Positions 1 through 10,699 are shown, counted from the stretch's first letter. The stretch: 64,000 bases of DNA from Nitrosomonas sp. (GCF_021731985.1 NZ_JAKFWH010000062.1:30833-94832), one strand, 5' to 3'. The notes: generated by a model not told the origin, from the letters alone. Numbers and translations are program-made.

Positions 1-2
1 GT

Positions 3-314
3 CCTGTTGAAGTAACGCTGAGTATTACGCAGGATCAGGCGACAGCGCAGTTTTCGTCTCCTCATTTGGCGGTACGTGAAGCGATTGAACAAGCATTGCC
101 CAGATTAAGAGAGATGATGGCTGAGAACGGTATCACATTGGGTAATGTAATGGTCGGTTCTGATTCATTTCAGCAAGACAATAGACAACAGCAAGCCTAT
201 CATTCCGCAAAAGATACCAACAATATGGCAGATGCAAGACCAGAGACTGTGGGTCAAATTGAAACAACTGTCGTGCCAAGCCGGCATCTCGGCATGGTCA
301 ATACCTATGCCTAA
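3..314 (+). CDS. fliK: Flagellar hook-length control protein, C-terminal part (5' truncated by window)
   Basis: Frame is open from base 3: PVEVTLSITQDQATAQFSSPHLAVREAIEQALPRLREMMAENGITLG, typical of the FliK C-terminal domain; lies directly before fliL. Confidence 0.85.
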   Translation, partial: PVEVTLSITQDQATAQFSSPHLAVREAIEQALPRLREMMAENGITLGNVMVGSDSFQQDNRQQQAYHSAKDTNNMADARPETVGQIETTVVPSRHLGMVNTYA

Positions 315-655
315 TGATTCATAAAATCAGGCCTGTTCGATTTTTTGTGAACCAATCGCCTATGCATAATCTGTCACGCTACCCGATCTGGTCGTGTGGC
401 AGATAATAGCTTCTCTAGAGAGCCGTATAAACCATTAGGGTTTTGTTTTTTCTTTATTTTTGATTTGAGCTGAAATTAAACAGACCGGCTAGATCATACG
501 AATATTCTTTCAATCCGAAATCAGCAAACATACCTGCCGGATTCTTGATTAATCTCCGTATCTTGAAATAGTGACATTATTTCATTGTTATTTGTGATAT
601 CAGATTATTGCCTCGTCGAAGATAATTGATTCCATCAAATAAGGAGTTGATCAAA

Positions 656-1144
656 ATGTCAAAATCTATTGAAGCGCCGGCAGCTACAGAAGGCAAAAAA
701 GGCAAGAAAGGGCTGATCATTATCATCTTGATAGCAGTCATCGCTATCGGTGCAGGTGGCGGTGGCACTTGGTATTTTATGAAAATGTCAGGTGACGAAG
801 ATTCCGAGCCTGTAAAACCTAAGGAAAAACCAACCACATTTGTGGATCTTGATATTTTTACAGTCAATCTTCAACCGGAAGAAAATAGTCAATATTTGCA
901 GGTTGGGTTAACCGTGAAAACCAAAGAAACCCCTGTCGTAGCGGAGATTAAAAAGCAAATGCCGGCTATTCGCAATCGTATCCTCATGTTACTTTCCAGT
1001 AAGAAATCGGCAGATATCACAGGCATTGTGGGGAAACAACAGTTAAGTCAACAGATTGTGGATGAAATCAAGCAATCATTGGATGCATCAGAACTGCAAG
1101 AGGATGTACTGGAAGTATTATTCACATCATTTGTGATCCAGTAA
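656..1144 (+). CDS. fliL: Flagellar basal body protein FliL
   Basis: Basic patch plus N-terminal TM helix (KKGLIIIILIAVIAIG), FTVNL motif, ends VLFTSFVIQ. ATG at 656 follows AAGGAG; the ORF track starts at 626. Confidence 0.92.
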   Translation: MSKSIEAPAATEGKKGKKGLIIIILIAVIAIGAGGGGTWYFMKMSGDEDSEPVKPKEKPTTFVDLDIFTVNLQPEENSQYLQVGLTVKTKETPVVAEIKKQMPAIRNRILMLLSSKKSADITGIVGKQQLSQQIVDEIKQSLDASELQEDVLEVLFTSFVIQ

Positions 1145-1151
1145 ACGACAG

Positions 1152-2129
1152 ATGGCTGAAGATTTTCTCTCGCAAGATGAAGTTGATGCACTTCTCAAAG
1201 GCGCCACTGGCGAAAGTGATGAAGTGCAGAAGGAAGAAGAGAAAGGGGGCGTTCGACCCTATAACATTGCTACGCAGGAGCGCATTGTCCGTGGACGGAT
1301 GCCCACGTATGAGATCATCAATGAACGATTTGCACGTTTACTGCGTATCGGTTTATTTAATTTCATGCGCCGTACGGTGGATATTGCAGTTGGCCCTGTC
1401 AAAGTTATTAAGTTTAGTGAGTTCGTCCGTAATCTGGTGGTGCCGACCAATCTCAACTTGGTTCAAATGAGACCCCTGCGAGGGACAGCATTGCTCGTTT
1501 TTGATCCCAATCTGATTTTCCTGATTGTGGATAATTTGTTTGGCGGCGACGGCAGATACCATACGAGAGTTGAGGGAAGGGATTTTACCCAGACTGAGCA
1601 ACGTATTATTCGGCGTTTGCTTGATGTGGTATTTGAAGAATATGAAAAATCCTGGAAGTCAGTATACCCGGTTAAATTTGAGTATGTCAGATCTGAAATG
1701 AATCCTCAATTTGCCACGATTGCTACACCCAATGAAGTGGTCGTTACGGTTACTTTTGATATTGATATGGGTAACCAAGGCGGCGAGTTACATGTCTGCA
1801 TTCCCTATTCAATGATTGAGCCCATTCGAGATACTTTATATAGCGCATTGCAAGGGGATCACCTGGAAGTTGACAAACGTTGGATCAAATTAATGTCACA
1901 ACAAGTGCAAATTGCTGAAGTGGAACTGGTTGCTAATATAGGGCATACGAAAGTGACATTTGAACAGATTCTGAGTATGCAAGCGGGAGATATCATTCCT
2001 CTGGAAATTCCTAAAACCATTACCGTAAATGTTGACGGTATACCCGTTATGGATTGTAACTATGGCATTATGAATGGACAGTATGCACTCAGAGTGAATG
2101 CAATGATTTCCCCATCGGAATCTGAATAA
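1152..2129 (+). CDS. fliM: Flagellar motor switch protein FliM
   Basis: LSQDEVDALL CheY-binding motif, RGRMPTYEIINERFAR, C-terminal SpoA domain. Confidence 0.97.
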   Translation: MAEDFLSQDEVDALLKGATGESDEVQKEEEKGGVRPYNIATQERIVRGRMPTYEIINERFARLLRIGLFNFMRRTVDIAVGPVKVIKFSEFVRNLVVPTNLNLVQMRPLRGTALLVFDPNLIFLIVDNLFGGDGRYHTRVEGRDFTQTEQRIIRRLLDVVFEEYEKSWKSVYPVKFEYVRSEMNPQFATIATPNEVVVTVTFDIDMGNQGGELHVCIPYSMIEPIRDTLYSALQGDHLEVDKRWIKLMSQQVQIAEVELVANIGHTKVTFEQILSMQAGDIIPLEIPKTITVNVDGIPVMDCNYGIMNGQYALRVNAMISPSESE

Positions 2130-2146
2130 TTTATTGGAGATTTAAA

Positions 2147-2689
2147 ATGTCAGAGCCTACAGAAAACGATCAAACTGAGACGGATGACTGGGCCGCAGCT
2201 ATGGCGGAACAGGCGGCGGTTTCTCAAAATGACTCTGCAGAAAAAGAAACGGAAGTTGATGACTGGGCTGCTGCGATGGCAGAGCAAGAAGCATCCGTCT
2301 CAAGTCAATCAGATAGCGCTACATCACATGCGGCAGAGAAAAATAACAATACGATAATTGGTTCGCAGGCTGCAACAACATCGGTTTTCCAGGAACTCGG
2401 AAAAAATGGCGCAGCGAATAATACCCGCCATGATATCGACATGATTCTCGACATCCCCGTGCAGATGACGGTTGAGATGGGTCGCACCAAGATTGCTATC
2501 AAGAACTTGCTGCAGCTCGCCCAGGGTTCCGTCGTCGAGCTTGATGGCATGGCCGGGGAACCCATGGATGTTCTGGTCAATGGCTGCCTGATTGCGCAAG
2601 GGGAAGTGGTGGTCGTAAATGATAAGTTTGGTATCAGGTTGACCGACATCATTACACCCAGTGAACGTATTCGTAAACTTAATCGTTAG
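2147..2689 (+). CDS. fliN: Flagellar motor switch protein FliN
   Basis: DIDMILDIPVQMTVEMGRT...GEVVVVNDKFGIRLTDI SpoA domain; operon position. Confidence 0.96.
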   Translation: MSEPTENDQTETDDWAAAMAEQAAVSQNDSAEKETEVDDWAAAMAEQEASVSSQSDSATSHAAEKNNNTIIGSQAATTSVFQELGKNGAANNTRHDIDMILDIPVQMTVEMGRTKIAIKNLLQLAQGSVVELDGMAGEPMDVLVNGCLIAQGEVVVVNDKFGIRLTDIITPSERIRKLNR

Positions 2690-2696
2690 AGCTGAT

Positions 2697-3134
2697 ATGC
2701 CAAGCCGATATCTGATACTTTTGATACTGATATTTCCGTTTACTGTTTGGGCTGAAACAGGGAAGTCAAACTATGTGCCACCTCCTTCCGTGATATCAAC
2801 TGAAAATACGTTGCAGATGATGGGTGGATTATTACTAGTGCTGGCGATCATAGGAAGTATTACTTGGTTACTCAAACGTTTCTCGCTGATATCAACTGCT
2901 GCTGCGGGTGTCGTTAAGGTCGTCGCTGCGACTGGAGTTGGTCAGAGAGAACGGGTGATTGTTGTCGAGATTGATAACACGTGGCTGGTGCTTGGCGTGG
3001 CGCCCGGTCGTGTCAATAAGCTACATACCATGAATAAGCCTTTAACAGACACAGCCAGTACGACACCGGATAATCCGCCTGTTGAAACATTCGCTACGCA
3101 GCTTAATCAGAGCATAAAAAAAGAAAATGTATAA
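2697..3134 (+). CDS. fliO: Flagellar biosynthesis protein FliO
   Basis: TM segment, then [27 protein letters not shown]; lies between fliN and fliP. The ATG at 2697 avoids overlap with fliN. Confidence 0.88.
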   Translation: MPSRYLILLILIFPFTVWAETGKSNYVPPPSVISTENTLQMMGGLLLVLAIIGSITWLLKRFSLISTAAAGVVKVVAATGVGQRERVIVVEIDNTWLVLGVAPGRVNKLHTMNKPLTDTASTTPDNPPVETFATQLNQSIKKENV

Positions 3135-3975
3135 CAGCTTTGTATCATTCATTCATTCATGTTTTCAATGCATATTGATTTGTCATCGGCTCAGGGTAAA
3201 TTTTTGTTGCTGCCTGAGCAGAATTACAAAACGTAATCTGTTTCAGATGGCGTTTATTTTTGTAGGTTTTATCGCGGTGCCTGCATTTGCGCAAAAATCT
3301 GGTTTTCCGGCCTTTACCAGTTCCCCTAATGCCGATGGAAGCGCAACGTATACGCTGAGCTTACAGACACTTTTATTATTGACTTCACTGACATTTTTAC
3401 CTGCGCTGGTATTAATGATGTCAAGTTTCACACGTATCATCATTGTCTTGTCGTTGCTGAGGTTGGCATTGGGCACGCAATCTTCTCCGCCTAACCAGGT
3501 ATTGCTCGGGTTGGCGTTATTCCTAACCTTTTTTATCATGTCACCGGTCATCGATCGGGTCTATGCGGAAGCGTATTTGCCTTTTTCTGAAGATAAAATA
3601 AGTATTGTGGAGGCGGCTGAGAAAGCAAGTGTGCCGCTGAAATCGTTTATGCTGCACCAGACACGGGAAACAGACCTAGCACTTTTTGTACAGATCTCGA
3701 ACAGTGAAGAACTCGAAAGCCGCGATAAAGTACCGCTGAAAATACTTGTTCCAGCTTATATCACGAGCGAACTAAAAACTGCTTTCCAAATTGGCTTTGT
3801 CGTATTCATTCCATTCTTGATCATTGACCTGGTTGTATCAAGCGTACTAATGGCCATGGGTATGATGATGCTGTCGCCGATGATTATTTCGCTTCCATTT
3901 AAATTAATGCTTTTTGTATTGGTCGATGGCTGGCATCTCATCATCGGTTCATTGACGCAAAGCTTCTATACCTGA
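3127..3975 (+). CDS. fliP: Flagellar export apparatus protein FliP
   Basis: [51 protein letters not shown]; start may be downstream (about 3248). Confidence 0.97.
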   Translation: MYNSFVSFIHSCFQCILICHRLRVNFCCCLSRITKRNLFQMAFIFVGFIAVPAFAQKSGFPAFTSSPNADGSATYTLSLQTLLLLTSLTFLPALVLMMSSFTRIIIVLSLLRLALGTQSSPPNQVLLGLALFLTFFIMSPVIDRVYAEAYLPFSEDKISIVEAAEKASVPLKSFMLHQTRETDLALFVQISNSEELESRDKVPLKILVPAYITSELKTAFQIGFVVFIPFLIIDLVVSSVLMAMGMMMLSPMIISLPFKLMLFVLVDGWHLIIGSLTQSFYT

Positions 3976-3988
3976 AAGGAAACAAATT

Positions 3989-4261
3989 ATGACTCCTGAG
4001 AGTGCAATGACTATCGGCAGGCAAGCGCTTGAAATGACATTTATGCTCTCTGCACCCTTGTTGCTTTCTGCTTTGGCAACTGGTTTATTAGTGAGTATCT
4101 TCCAAGCAGCGACACAAATCAATGAGATGACTCTGTCATTTATTCCTAAATTATTGGTGATGTTTCTGGTGATGGTGCTAGCCGGACCTTGGATGATCGC
4201 GATCATGACTGACTATATGCAACGGCTCTTTACCAGCATTCCTTGGCTCGCGGTCGGTTAA
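3989..4261 (+). CDS. fliQ: Flagellar export apparatus protein FliQ
   Basis: GLLVSIFQAATQINEMTLSFIPK signature. Confidence 0.97.
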   Translation: MTPESAMTIGRQALEMTFMLSAPLLLSALATGLLVSIFQAATQINEMTLSFIPKLLVMFLVMVLAGPWMIAIMTDYMQRLFTSIPWLAVG

Positions 4262-4358
4262 TGCCGGCAAGCGAATGGTTTGTGGTGCTGTATACGTGAA
4301 TTTCGATCGGTGATTTGGTCAGTACTGGGGTTCATCGTCAAACGGATGATTTAGCATA

Positions 4359-5156
4359 ATGATCAGTATAACCACTGCAGAATTAAATATATTACTGGCG
4401 ACATTCCTTTGGCCGCTCAGCAGAATCCTCGCGATGGTGGCAACCGCGCCTATATTAGGAAACCCAAGTATTCCTGTCAGAGTGAAGCTGGGGTTTGCAG
4501 TCATGATTACTATCTTGGTAATGCCGGTAGTCGAGAAATCATTACCGCAGGTGGATCCGGCTTCCGGTATTGGTTTAATCATCTTGCTACAACAGGTTTT
4601 GATTGGCGTCGCTATTGGATTTGTAATGCGCATTGTATTTGTTGCGGTGGAAACGGCGGGTGAGCTGATTGGTCTGCAAATGGGTCTTGGCTTTGCAATT
4701 TTCTTTGATCCGCAGAACTCTGGCCAGATAGATATCATAGGCAGATTTTTGGGTGTGATTGCCAGTTTGGCATTTCTTGCAATGGACGGTCATTTGATGA
4801 TGATTGCTTTGATTTCAAAGAGCTTTAGCACACTACCTGTTGGTTTAGATGGAATTACAAACGTAACATTTACTACACTTGCAAATTGGGGCGGAGAGAT
4901 TTTTAAATCGGGTCTTCAATTGTCACTTCCCGTTCTCACGGCGTTGCTGATTACTAACCTCGCTCTGGGTATTCTGACACGTGTTGCGCCGCAATTAAAT
5001 ATTTTCGCGGTCGGCTTTCCGCTGACACTCTCTATTGGCCTCTTCGTTCTGGCGTTCAGCATGCCTTTTTATGCACCGATTCTGGGATATCTAGTGCATG
5101 ATGCTTTAAATCTAATGATGGGAATTCTTAATATCAATCAAATCGATATGCCGTAG
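4359..5156 (+). CDS. fliR: Flagellar export apparatus protein FliR
   Basis: AGELIGLQMGLGFA, RVAPQLNIFAVGFPL; hydrophobic; follows fliQ. Confidence 0.96.
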   Translation: MISITTAELNILLATFLWPLSRILAMVATAPILGNPSIPVRVKLGFAVMITILVMPVVEKSLPQVDPASGIGLIILLQQVLIGVAIGFVMRIVFVAVETAGELIGLQMGLGFAIFFDPQNSGQIDIIGRFLGVIASLAFLAMDGHLMMIALISKSFSTLPVGLDGITNVTFTTLANWGGEIFKSGLQLSLPVLTALLITNLALGILTRVAPQLNIFAVGFPLTLSIGLFVLAFSMPFYAPILGYLVHDALNLMMGILNINQIDMP

Positions 5157-5361
5157 CTGATTTATCGGTTATAGCAAGAGCAAATTCCCCCTCGATGCAT
5201 AAGTAGACAGACTTCCTCATTCACAATACATAAACAGACAATATTGCCCTTCTTTTTCAACAGAAGATTTCTGTCTGGAGCTGTTAAAGTGATCGTCCAT
5301 TTATCAGAAACTATTTATTAACATGGGCAGTTCAAATAATTGCTGGTTTGGTTAATAACTT

Positions 5362-7209
5362 ATGACATTTAAGTCACGTTTACTCAGTTCACTACGCAAA
5401 TTTTCTTCATCGCCGGAGGTGCAGCATGACGAAGAAACTGTTATGCCTGCCGACGAGTCACAATTAAACAATGCATCGAATTCCGCCCAGCAGTTTGCAT
5501 CGAGTGATGAAATTAAACAACTTTTGGATACGGCTTATCGTGAACGGTTAAGCGTGGAAGACCGGGCAATCAAGGAGGCACATAAGCGGATTGAAGCAGA
5601 AAACATCGCGAAAGTAACTGCTGAAGCGAGAATCCGGGCCGAGGCTAATGCCAGAATTGCGGCAGAAACAAGAATCCAGGCTGAAGCGCTTGCTACTGAT
5701 CAAGCCAGAACTCGAGCTAAAACTGAGGCTTTGGCAATCAGAGAGGCCAATGCCCGGCGGGAATTTGAAATAAAAGCCAGGCAGCTTGCAGAAGAGAAGA
5801 TTAAAGCTGAGAAATCCTTAAATGCGCTATTGGAAGCCAAAATCAAAGCAGAAGCTTCGATTGTTGAGAAAATGCAGAAGCGCGTTGAACAAGAAGCTGC
5901 CGCTTTGGACAAGGCGCATGCGACCACATTGAAAGAAAATGAAGCTGCCGAAGCTGCGATGCATCGAGCCAAGGTAGCCGATGAAGCGCGTTTGTGTGCA
6001 CTGGCCGCGATAGAGGCAGAGACACATGCAGCAATGCTCGCCAATGCAAAAATTCAGGAGACGCAAAAAACCATAGCATTGGCTAAAGCTCAAGAAGAAG
6101 CTGAAAAGCAAATCATTGAGGAAATGCAAGTTCGCTCGCAAATAGAAGCGCAAACTCTGGCCCATACTACTGAACGTCTGGATGCAGAGAGACGGGCAAA
6201 AGAAATGGAAGAGGATAGACTAAAAGCCGAAGCTGCTGCGGTGCAAGCAGCGATAGAAAAGGCCGAAGCTGAAGCGGTCGCAGCAGAGCAGGCGAGAAAA
6301 AGAGCTGAATTAGATACCCAGGCGGCTATCGCAGCACGCGATAAAACAGATGCGGAGAGAGTCGCAGCTGAAATGGCGGAATCCATTCTTGCTAAAGAAA
6401 GTGCAGCCGCTGATGCAATCAAGGCACGTCTCGTTGCAGAGTCTGAGTTGCTGGAAGAAGCCGATCAGCGAATGCGGATAGAAACTGAAGCGTTGGTTGC
6501 TGCAGAGGCAGCCTTGCGCGCTGAAAAAGAAGCCAAAACGGTTGCAAGTGAGAAGAAGAAAGCGGAGGTTAACGCGAGCAAAGAGTACCAGAAACGTATT
6601 AAGGCAGATGAAGAAGCTATTAAAGAAGCGGAAGTGCGTGCAGAAACTGAGAAAGCCGCAAGGAAAGCAGCGAAGAGCAAGGCGGAGGCTGAAATAAGGT
6701 TGAGAGCTGCAGCAGAGGCAAAAGCCCAAGTAGATACTCTTGCCGTACTAGAAACAAATGCTCAAGCGGATTTGGAGCAACGCTTGCTGGAAGATGCAGA
6801 GATTCGTGCCAAAGCGATTGCCGATGCAAAACAAGCGGTTGTTGAGCGCCTCGAGATTGAACAAAAAATCACAGGATTGGCAATTACTAGAGCACAAGCA
6901 AAAATTATCGCTACCAATAAAGCCAAAGCGCAACTTGAAGCAGAAAAAACTGCTACCAGAATCGCATTGGAAAAAGCTAGAACTGAATCGGCTGCACTTG
7001 TCGCCATGCAGGAGCGCATAGCGTTGGAATCCAAAGCACTGGAAACTGCAGTAGCCCGGGAGGCTGTTGAAGTTATGGCTAAGGAAGCACTATTTGCGCG
7101 CTCCCAAGCTGATAAAGAAGCTACCGCCGCGGCAACTGTGAGGATACGAGCAGAAATTGCTGCCGCAGAACATTCTCGTAACAGGGTTGCTTCAAGCGCT
7201 AAGACTTAA
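5362..7209 (+). CDS. Ala/Glu/Lys-rich long helical or coiled-coil protein with 14-residue repeats, function unknown
   Basis: 615-aa ORF; residues 61-606 parse into 39 gap-free 14-mers (x-R/K-x-x-A-E/D-x-x-A-x-x-x-A-x); no signal peptide or TM segment. Confidence 0.8.
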   Translation: MTFKSRLLSSLRKFSSSPEVQHDEETVMPADESQLNNASNSAQQFASSDEIKQLLDTAYRERLSVEDRAIKEAHKRIEAENIAKVTAEARIRAEANARIAAETRIQAEALATDQARTRAKTEALAIREANARREFEIKARQLAEEKIKAEKSLNALLEAKIKAEASIVEKMQKRVEQEAAALDKAHATTLKENEAAEAAMHRAKVADEARLCALAAIEAETHAAMLANAKIQETQKTIALAKAQEEAEKQIIEEMQVRSQIEAQTLAHTTERLDAERRAKEMEEDRLKAEAAAVQAAIEKAEAEAVAAEQARKRAELDTQAAIAARDKTDAERVAAEMAESILAKESAAADAIKARLVAESELLEEADQRMRIETEALVAAEAALRAEKEAKTVASEKKKAEVNASKEYQKRIKADEEAIKEAEVRAETEKAARKAAKSKAEAEIRLRAAAEAKAQVDTLAVLETNAQADLEQRLLEDAEIRAKAIADAKQAVVERLEIEQKITGLAITRAQAKIIATNKAKAQLEAEKTATRIALEKARTESAALVAMQERIALESKALETAVAREAVEVMAKEALFARSQADKEATAAATVRIRAEIAAAEHSRNRVASSAKT

Positions 7210-7280
7210 CAATCAGAGAAATTGGTTGTAGAAAACGAAAGTGGTAGGTCTACCATCTGATAGATCAACGATTGAAGTGT

Positions 7281-8396
7281 TTAGCGCATTGGTTCGTTGA
7301 AATTACTTGCCCATTCAAGCACTTCTTGGTAATTCCCTCTATAAATTACCGATTCATTGTTTTTCATTATTTGATACGCATACATCGGATCATAATATTC
7401 AGTAAGTAAATGGGTTATCCAAGCTTCGTGACAATAAATATTTCCTGTATTCGACTGAGTTTTCAAAGCTTTTGTCATGAGATCGTGCGTGTATTTATAG
7501 CGTTCCAACCCCAGGCGTTTCTGAATCCGAAAAAGACTGTTGTAAAGATAGGCGCTGAAATATTCAAAGCCAAGTTCAGTATATTTCATCCGAAAAGCTG
7601 TCAGCATATCCGTAATATATTCTTGTAAAATCCGTTGAATGCGAGATTCTAGTGGCATTTCTACAAGGGCTAAGGGTGAGCGTCGCATAGTTTGAAAGAA
7701 TGTCTCCGGGATCGCGATGGTCCCAATGTTTCTACTTTCATCTTCAACAAAAAGTGTATTTTTATTGAGCTGAGCATAAGTCATACGCAACAAATCAATA
7801 GCTAATGTGTGCTCAAAATTCGATTGAGTGGGCTGTTGATTAACTGTATCTCCAAAACTCGAGCCGCGATGCATGGCATGCTTTTCTAAATCGATACTAG
7901 ATGTAATTTCATTAATCAAAAGCGTTTTCGCTACGCCTGTTTTTCCACCTATTCGGATCATGGAAAGATTTATGGCTGTCTCATCAATTGTCTGCATGAG
8001 GTATCGCCTGAGCGCCTTATAACCGCCTACAATTAACGGCGCAGCAATGCCCGTTTCATTGATCCATTGGCGTGCTAGATGTGACCGCATTCCACCACGC
8101 CAGCAGAAAATATGTGTACCGGGATTGTTAGCTACAACATTACGCCAATGCTGAATGCGACTTCGCTTAAGTTCACCACACACCAATTTGTGACCTAATT
8201 GAATGGCGGCTTGTTGCCCTTTTTGTTTATAGCAAATTCCAACTAAATGACGCTCATGGTTATTCAGAATGGGGAGGTTGAATGAATTTGGTAAACTACC
8301 TTTGGCAAATTCATCTTCAGAACGAACATCCAGGAATGGAATATCGTGCATAAATAAATTATGAAATTGATCGGCGCTGACTAAGTAATCTGACAT
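7281..8396 (-). CDS. mnmH: tRNA 2-selenouridine synthase
   Basis: Rhodanese domain (LDVRSEDEFAKG, FCWRGGMRS) plus P-loop GGKTGVAKT, DLEKHAMHRGSSFG, VEDESRNIG. Confidence 0.92.
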   Translation of the reverse strand: MSDYLVSADQFHNLFMHDIPFLDVRSEDEFAKGSLPNSFNLPILNNHERHLVGICYKQKGQQAAIQLGHKLVCGELKRSRIQHWRNVVANNPGTHIFCWRGGMRSHLARQWINETGIAAPLIVGGYKALRRYLMQTIDETAINLSMIRIGGKTGVAKTLLINEITSSIDLEKHAMHRGSSFGDTVNQQPTQSNFEHTLAIDLLRMTYAQLNKNTLFVEDESRNIGTIAIPETFFQTMRRSPLALVEMPLESRIQRILQEYITDMLTAFRMKYTELGFEYFSAYLYNSLFRIQKRLGLERYKYTHDLMTKALKTQSNTGNIYCHEAWITHLLTEYYDPMYAYQIMKNNESVIYRGNYQEVLEWASNFNEPMR

Positions 8397-8654
8397 TGCT
8401 TTCTATACTTATCTGCTCATTGAGATAACACATATGCCAATATATTAGGTGTCATGAATCCTCAAATGTTATTTGCCGCGATTTTGCAAATCCGAATGAT
8501 CGGTCACAAGTTAAACGATTCTATAATAAGCAAAATTAGAACAAAAATACCCTAAAAAGGTGTTATCCGTTACAATTCGGAGCTTATAAGGGTAAGCTAA
8601 AAGTCATTAATTAGAGCAATTGTTGTTTTGTTGCAACACTGATTTAATATTGCC

Positions 8655-8683
8655 TTGACAGGAAAAAGCGCCTTATATAAGCT
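8655..8683 (+). promoter_or_regulatory. Putative sigma70 promoter of the acyl-ligase/spt operon
   Basis: TTGACA (8655-8660), 17-bp spacer, TAAGCT (8678-8683). Confidence 0.5.
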
Positions 8684-8869
8684 GCGGAGTGGTCAAATAT
8701 GACACACTTATATTTATTAAGCAATGTCAGCGGTAAGCGTTTGAATGAAAATTTTCCAGCCAGCAAAAAGTGCATTATTAGAGATTAATAATCAGCGTTG
8801 GCACGCTCAACCAGGATTTCTTGCTTATGCGAGCAAGATGACAAGTACTATTACTTCGAGGGGAAGATC

Positions 8870-10693
8870 TTGAGTTCGACAATAACCAAGTTGAACGCTC
8901 CGCTAACGCAAGCGTTTGATTTTCAACCTTCAAGCGAATTACAATTAACACCGACACCGACACTCAATACACTAACTCAGCAGTTAGCGGGTTTTGATAC
9001 CCTAACCAGCGCTTTAGAATATGCAGCGGAGGGGATAACGGGGTATAACTTTTATGACGCGAAGGGTAACTTACGTTCGATTCTGCCATATAGTGCGCTT
9101 AGGCAGAATGCTCGTATCTTTGCGCAACGTTTATTTGGTTTTGGTTTGCCCCGTGGTAGTCGGGTAGCAATCATTGCTGATACCTCTCCAGAGTTTGTCG
9201 AGTTGTTTTTTGCATGTCGCTATGCTGGTTTAGTGCCTTTTGCAATGCCAATTCCGGTTAATCTCGGTAGCCATGCAATATATGTTCAGCAATTAAGAGG
9301 TATGCTTGAAAGCAGTCAAGCAAGTATTGCGCTGGCAAATATTGACTATATTAATTTTCTGGAAGAGGCCGCAGAAGAAACAACCTGTATACAGTGGGTA
9401 GGAACACCAGAAAAATTAAGCGAGCTACCTGCGATAAATGTTGAACTACAACCTAATTATCCCGATGAAACTGCGTATCTGCAATTTACCTCAGGTAGTA
9501 CGCGTACACCGAGAGGGGTGGTTATTACTGAACGAGCCTTGATGTGCAATTTACAAGGTATTGTATGTAATGGATTGGAAATCAAACCTGACGATCGTTC
9601 CGCTTCTTGGCTACCCTTTTATCATGATATGGGATTGGTTGGGTTAGTTCTGGCACCAATGGTTACACAAATCTCTGTTGATTATTTGGCGACACGGGAT
9701 TTTGCAATTCGACCCTTACAATGGTTGCGGTTAATAAGCCGTAACCGTTGTACCGTTGCATTCAGCCAGCCTTTTGGTCTTAAGCTCTGTACGTTACGTG
9801 TAAGGGAATCTGACCTCAAAGAACTGGATCTTAGTTGCTGGCGTGCTGCTGGTATTGGTGCAGAAATGATCCGGCCAGAAACTTTGAGAAATTTTGCAGA
9901 AAAATTTGCATCGGCAGGTTTCGATGAGAATGCTTTTCTGCCTTGCTATGGTCTTGCGGAATCAACACTTGCCGTCACCTTTTCAAAAATTGGTAAAGGT
10001 TGCAAAAGTATACAAGTAGATAGTAAGACGCTGATCGATAAGCGAATGGCTGTTCGATTGCAAGCGGATGGCCGTAAACAAAATGAATTTGTAAATTGTG
10101 GGCGTCCGTTGCCTGGACATACTGTGAAGATAGTCGATGAGGATGGCCAGCAATTGTCGGAGATGATGGTTGGAAGTGTTTTAGTACATGGCGATAGCGT
10201 GATGAAGGGCTACTATAACTCTCCAGAAGAGACTAACAAAGCGCTTAAATCCGGTAATTGGCTGGATACTGGAGATATTGGATTCCTGTTTGAAGGTGAT
10301 TTGTTTATAACCGGACGACGTACAGATGTCATTATTGTTAACGGTCGCAATATCCGTGCCCAAGACATAGAAGAGTTAGCTGAACAGCAACCGGAAGTTA
10401 GGTCACGTGAGGCTTCTGCATTTGGGGTGAATGATGAAGATGGGACAACAACGATTGTCCTAGTCATTGAATGTAGGCTCACCTCCGTGACAGAACGCCA
10501 GTCATTGACAACCAGATTGCAGCAGCTTGTTTATATGGCATTTGGGGTTAATTGTGTTGTGGAATTGGTTCCACCGCATACCTTACCGCGGACTTCATCT
10601 GGGAAGCTCTCACGTTTCGCAGCAAGGCAAGGTTATATCCAGAGAACAAATCTGGCAGGCCAATTGTCTTTTGTCGAATCAGGTGACAGATAA
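8870..10693 (+). CDS. Fatty acyl-AMP ligase / acyl-ACP synthetase
   Basis: YLQFTSGSTRTPRGV, SWLPFYHDMGL, PCYGLAES, WLDTGDIG, TSSGK adenylation motifs. TTG at 8870 follows GAGGGG; the ORF track starts at 8798. Confidence 0.88.
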   Translation: MSSTITKLNAPLTQAFDFQPSSELQLTPTPTLNTLTQQLAGFDTLTSALEYAAEGITGYNFYDAKGNLRSILPYSALRQNARIFAQRLFGFGLPRGSRVAIIADTSPEFVELFFACRYAGLVPFAMPIPVNLGSHAIYVQQLRGMLESSQASIALANIDYINFLEEAAEETTCIQWVGTPEKLSELPAINVELQPNYPDETAYLQFTSGSTRTPRGVVITERALMCNLQGIVCNGLEIKPDDRSASWLPFYHDMGLVGLVLAPMVTQISVDYLATRDFAIRPLQWLRLISRNRCTVAFSQPFGLKLCTLRVRESDLKELDLSCWRAAGIGAEMIRPETLRNFAEKFASAGFDENAFLPCYGLAESTLAVTFSKIGKGCKSIQVDSKTLIDKRMAVRLQADGRKQNEFVNCGRPLPGHTVKIVDEDGQQLSEMMVGSVLVHGDSVMKGYYNSPEETNKALKSGNWLDTGDIGFLFEGDLFITGRRTDVIIVNGRNIRAQDIEELAEQQPEVRSREASAFGVNDEDGTTTIVLVIECRLTSVTERQSLTTRLQQLVYMAFGVNCVVELVPPHTLPRTSSGKLSRFAARQGYIQRTNLAGQLSFVESGDR

Positions 10694-10699
10694 GGGCAC

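Noticed and set aside
626-638. FNR-like site TTGAT-TCC-ATCAA
   Set aside because: The spacer is 3 bp instead of 4.
5362-7209. TolA call for the Ala-rich protein
   Set aside because: No N-terminal TM anchor, no C-terminal TolA domain and no tolQR context.
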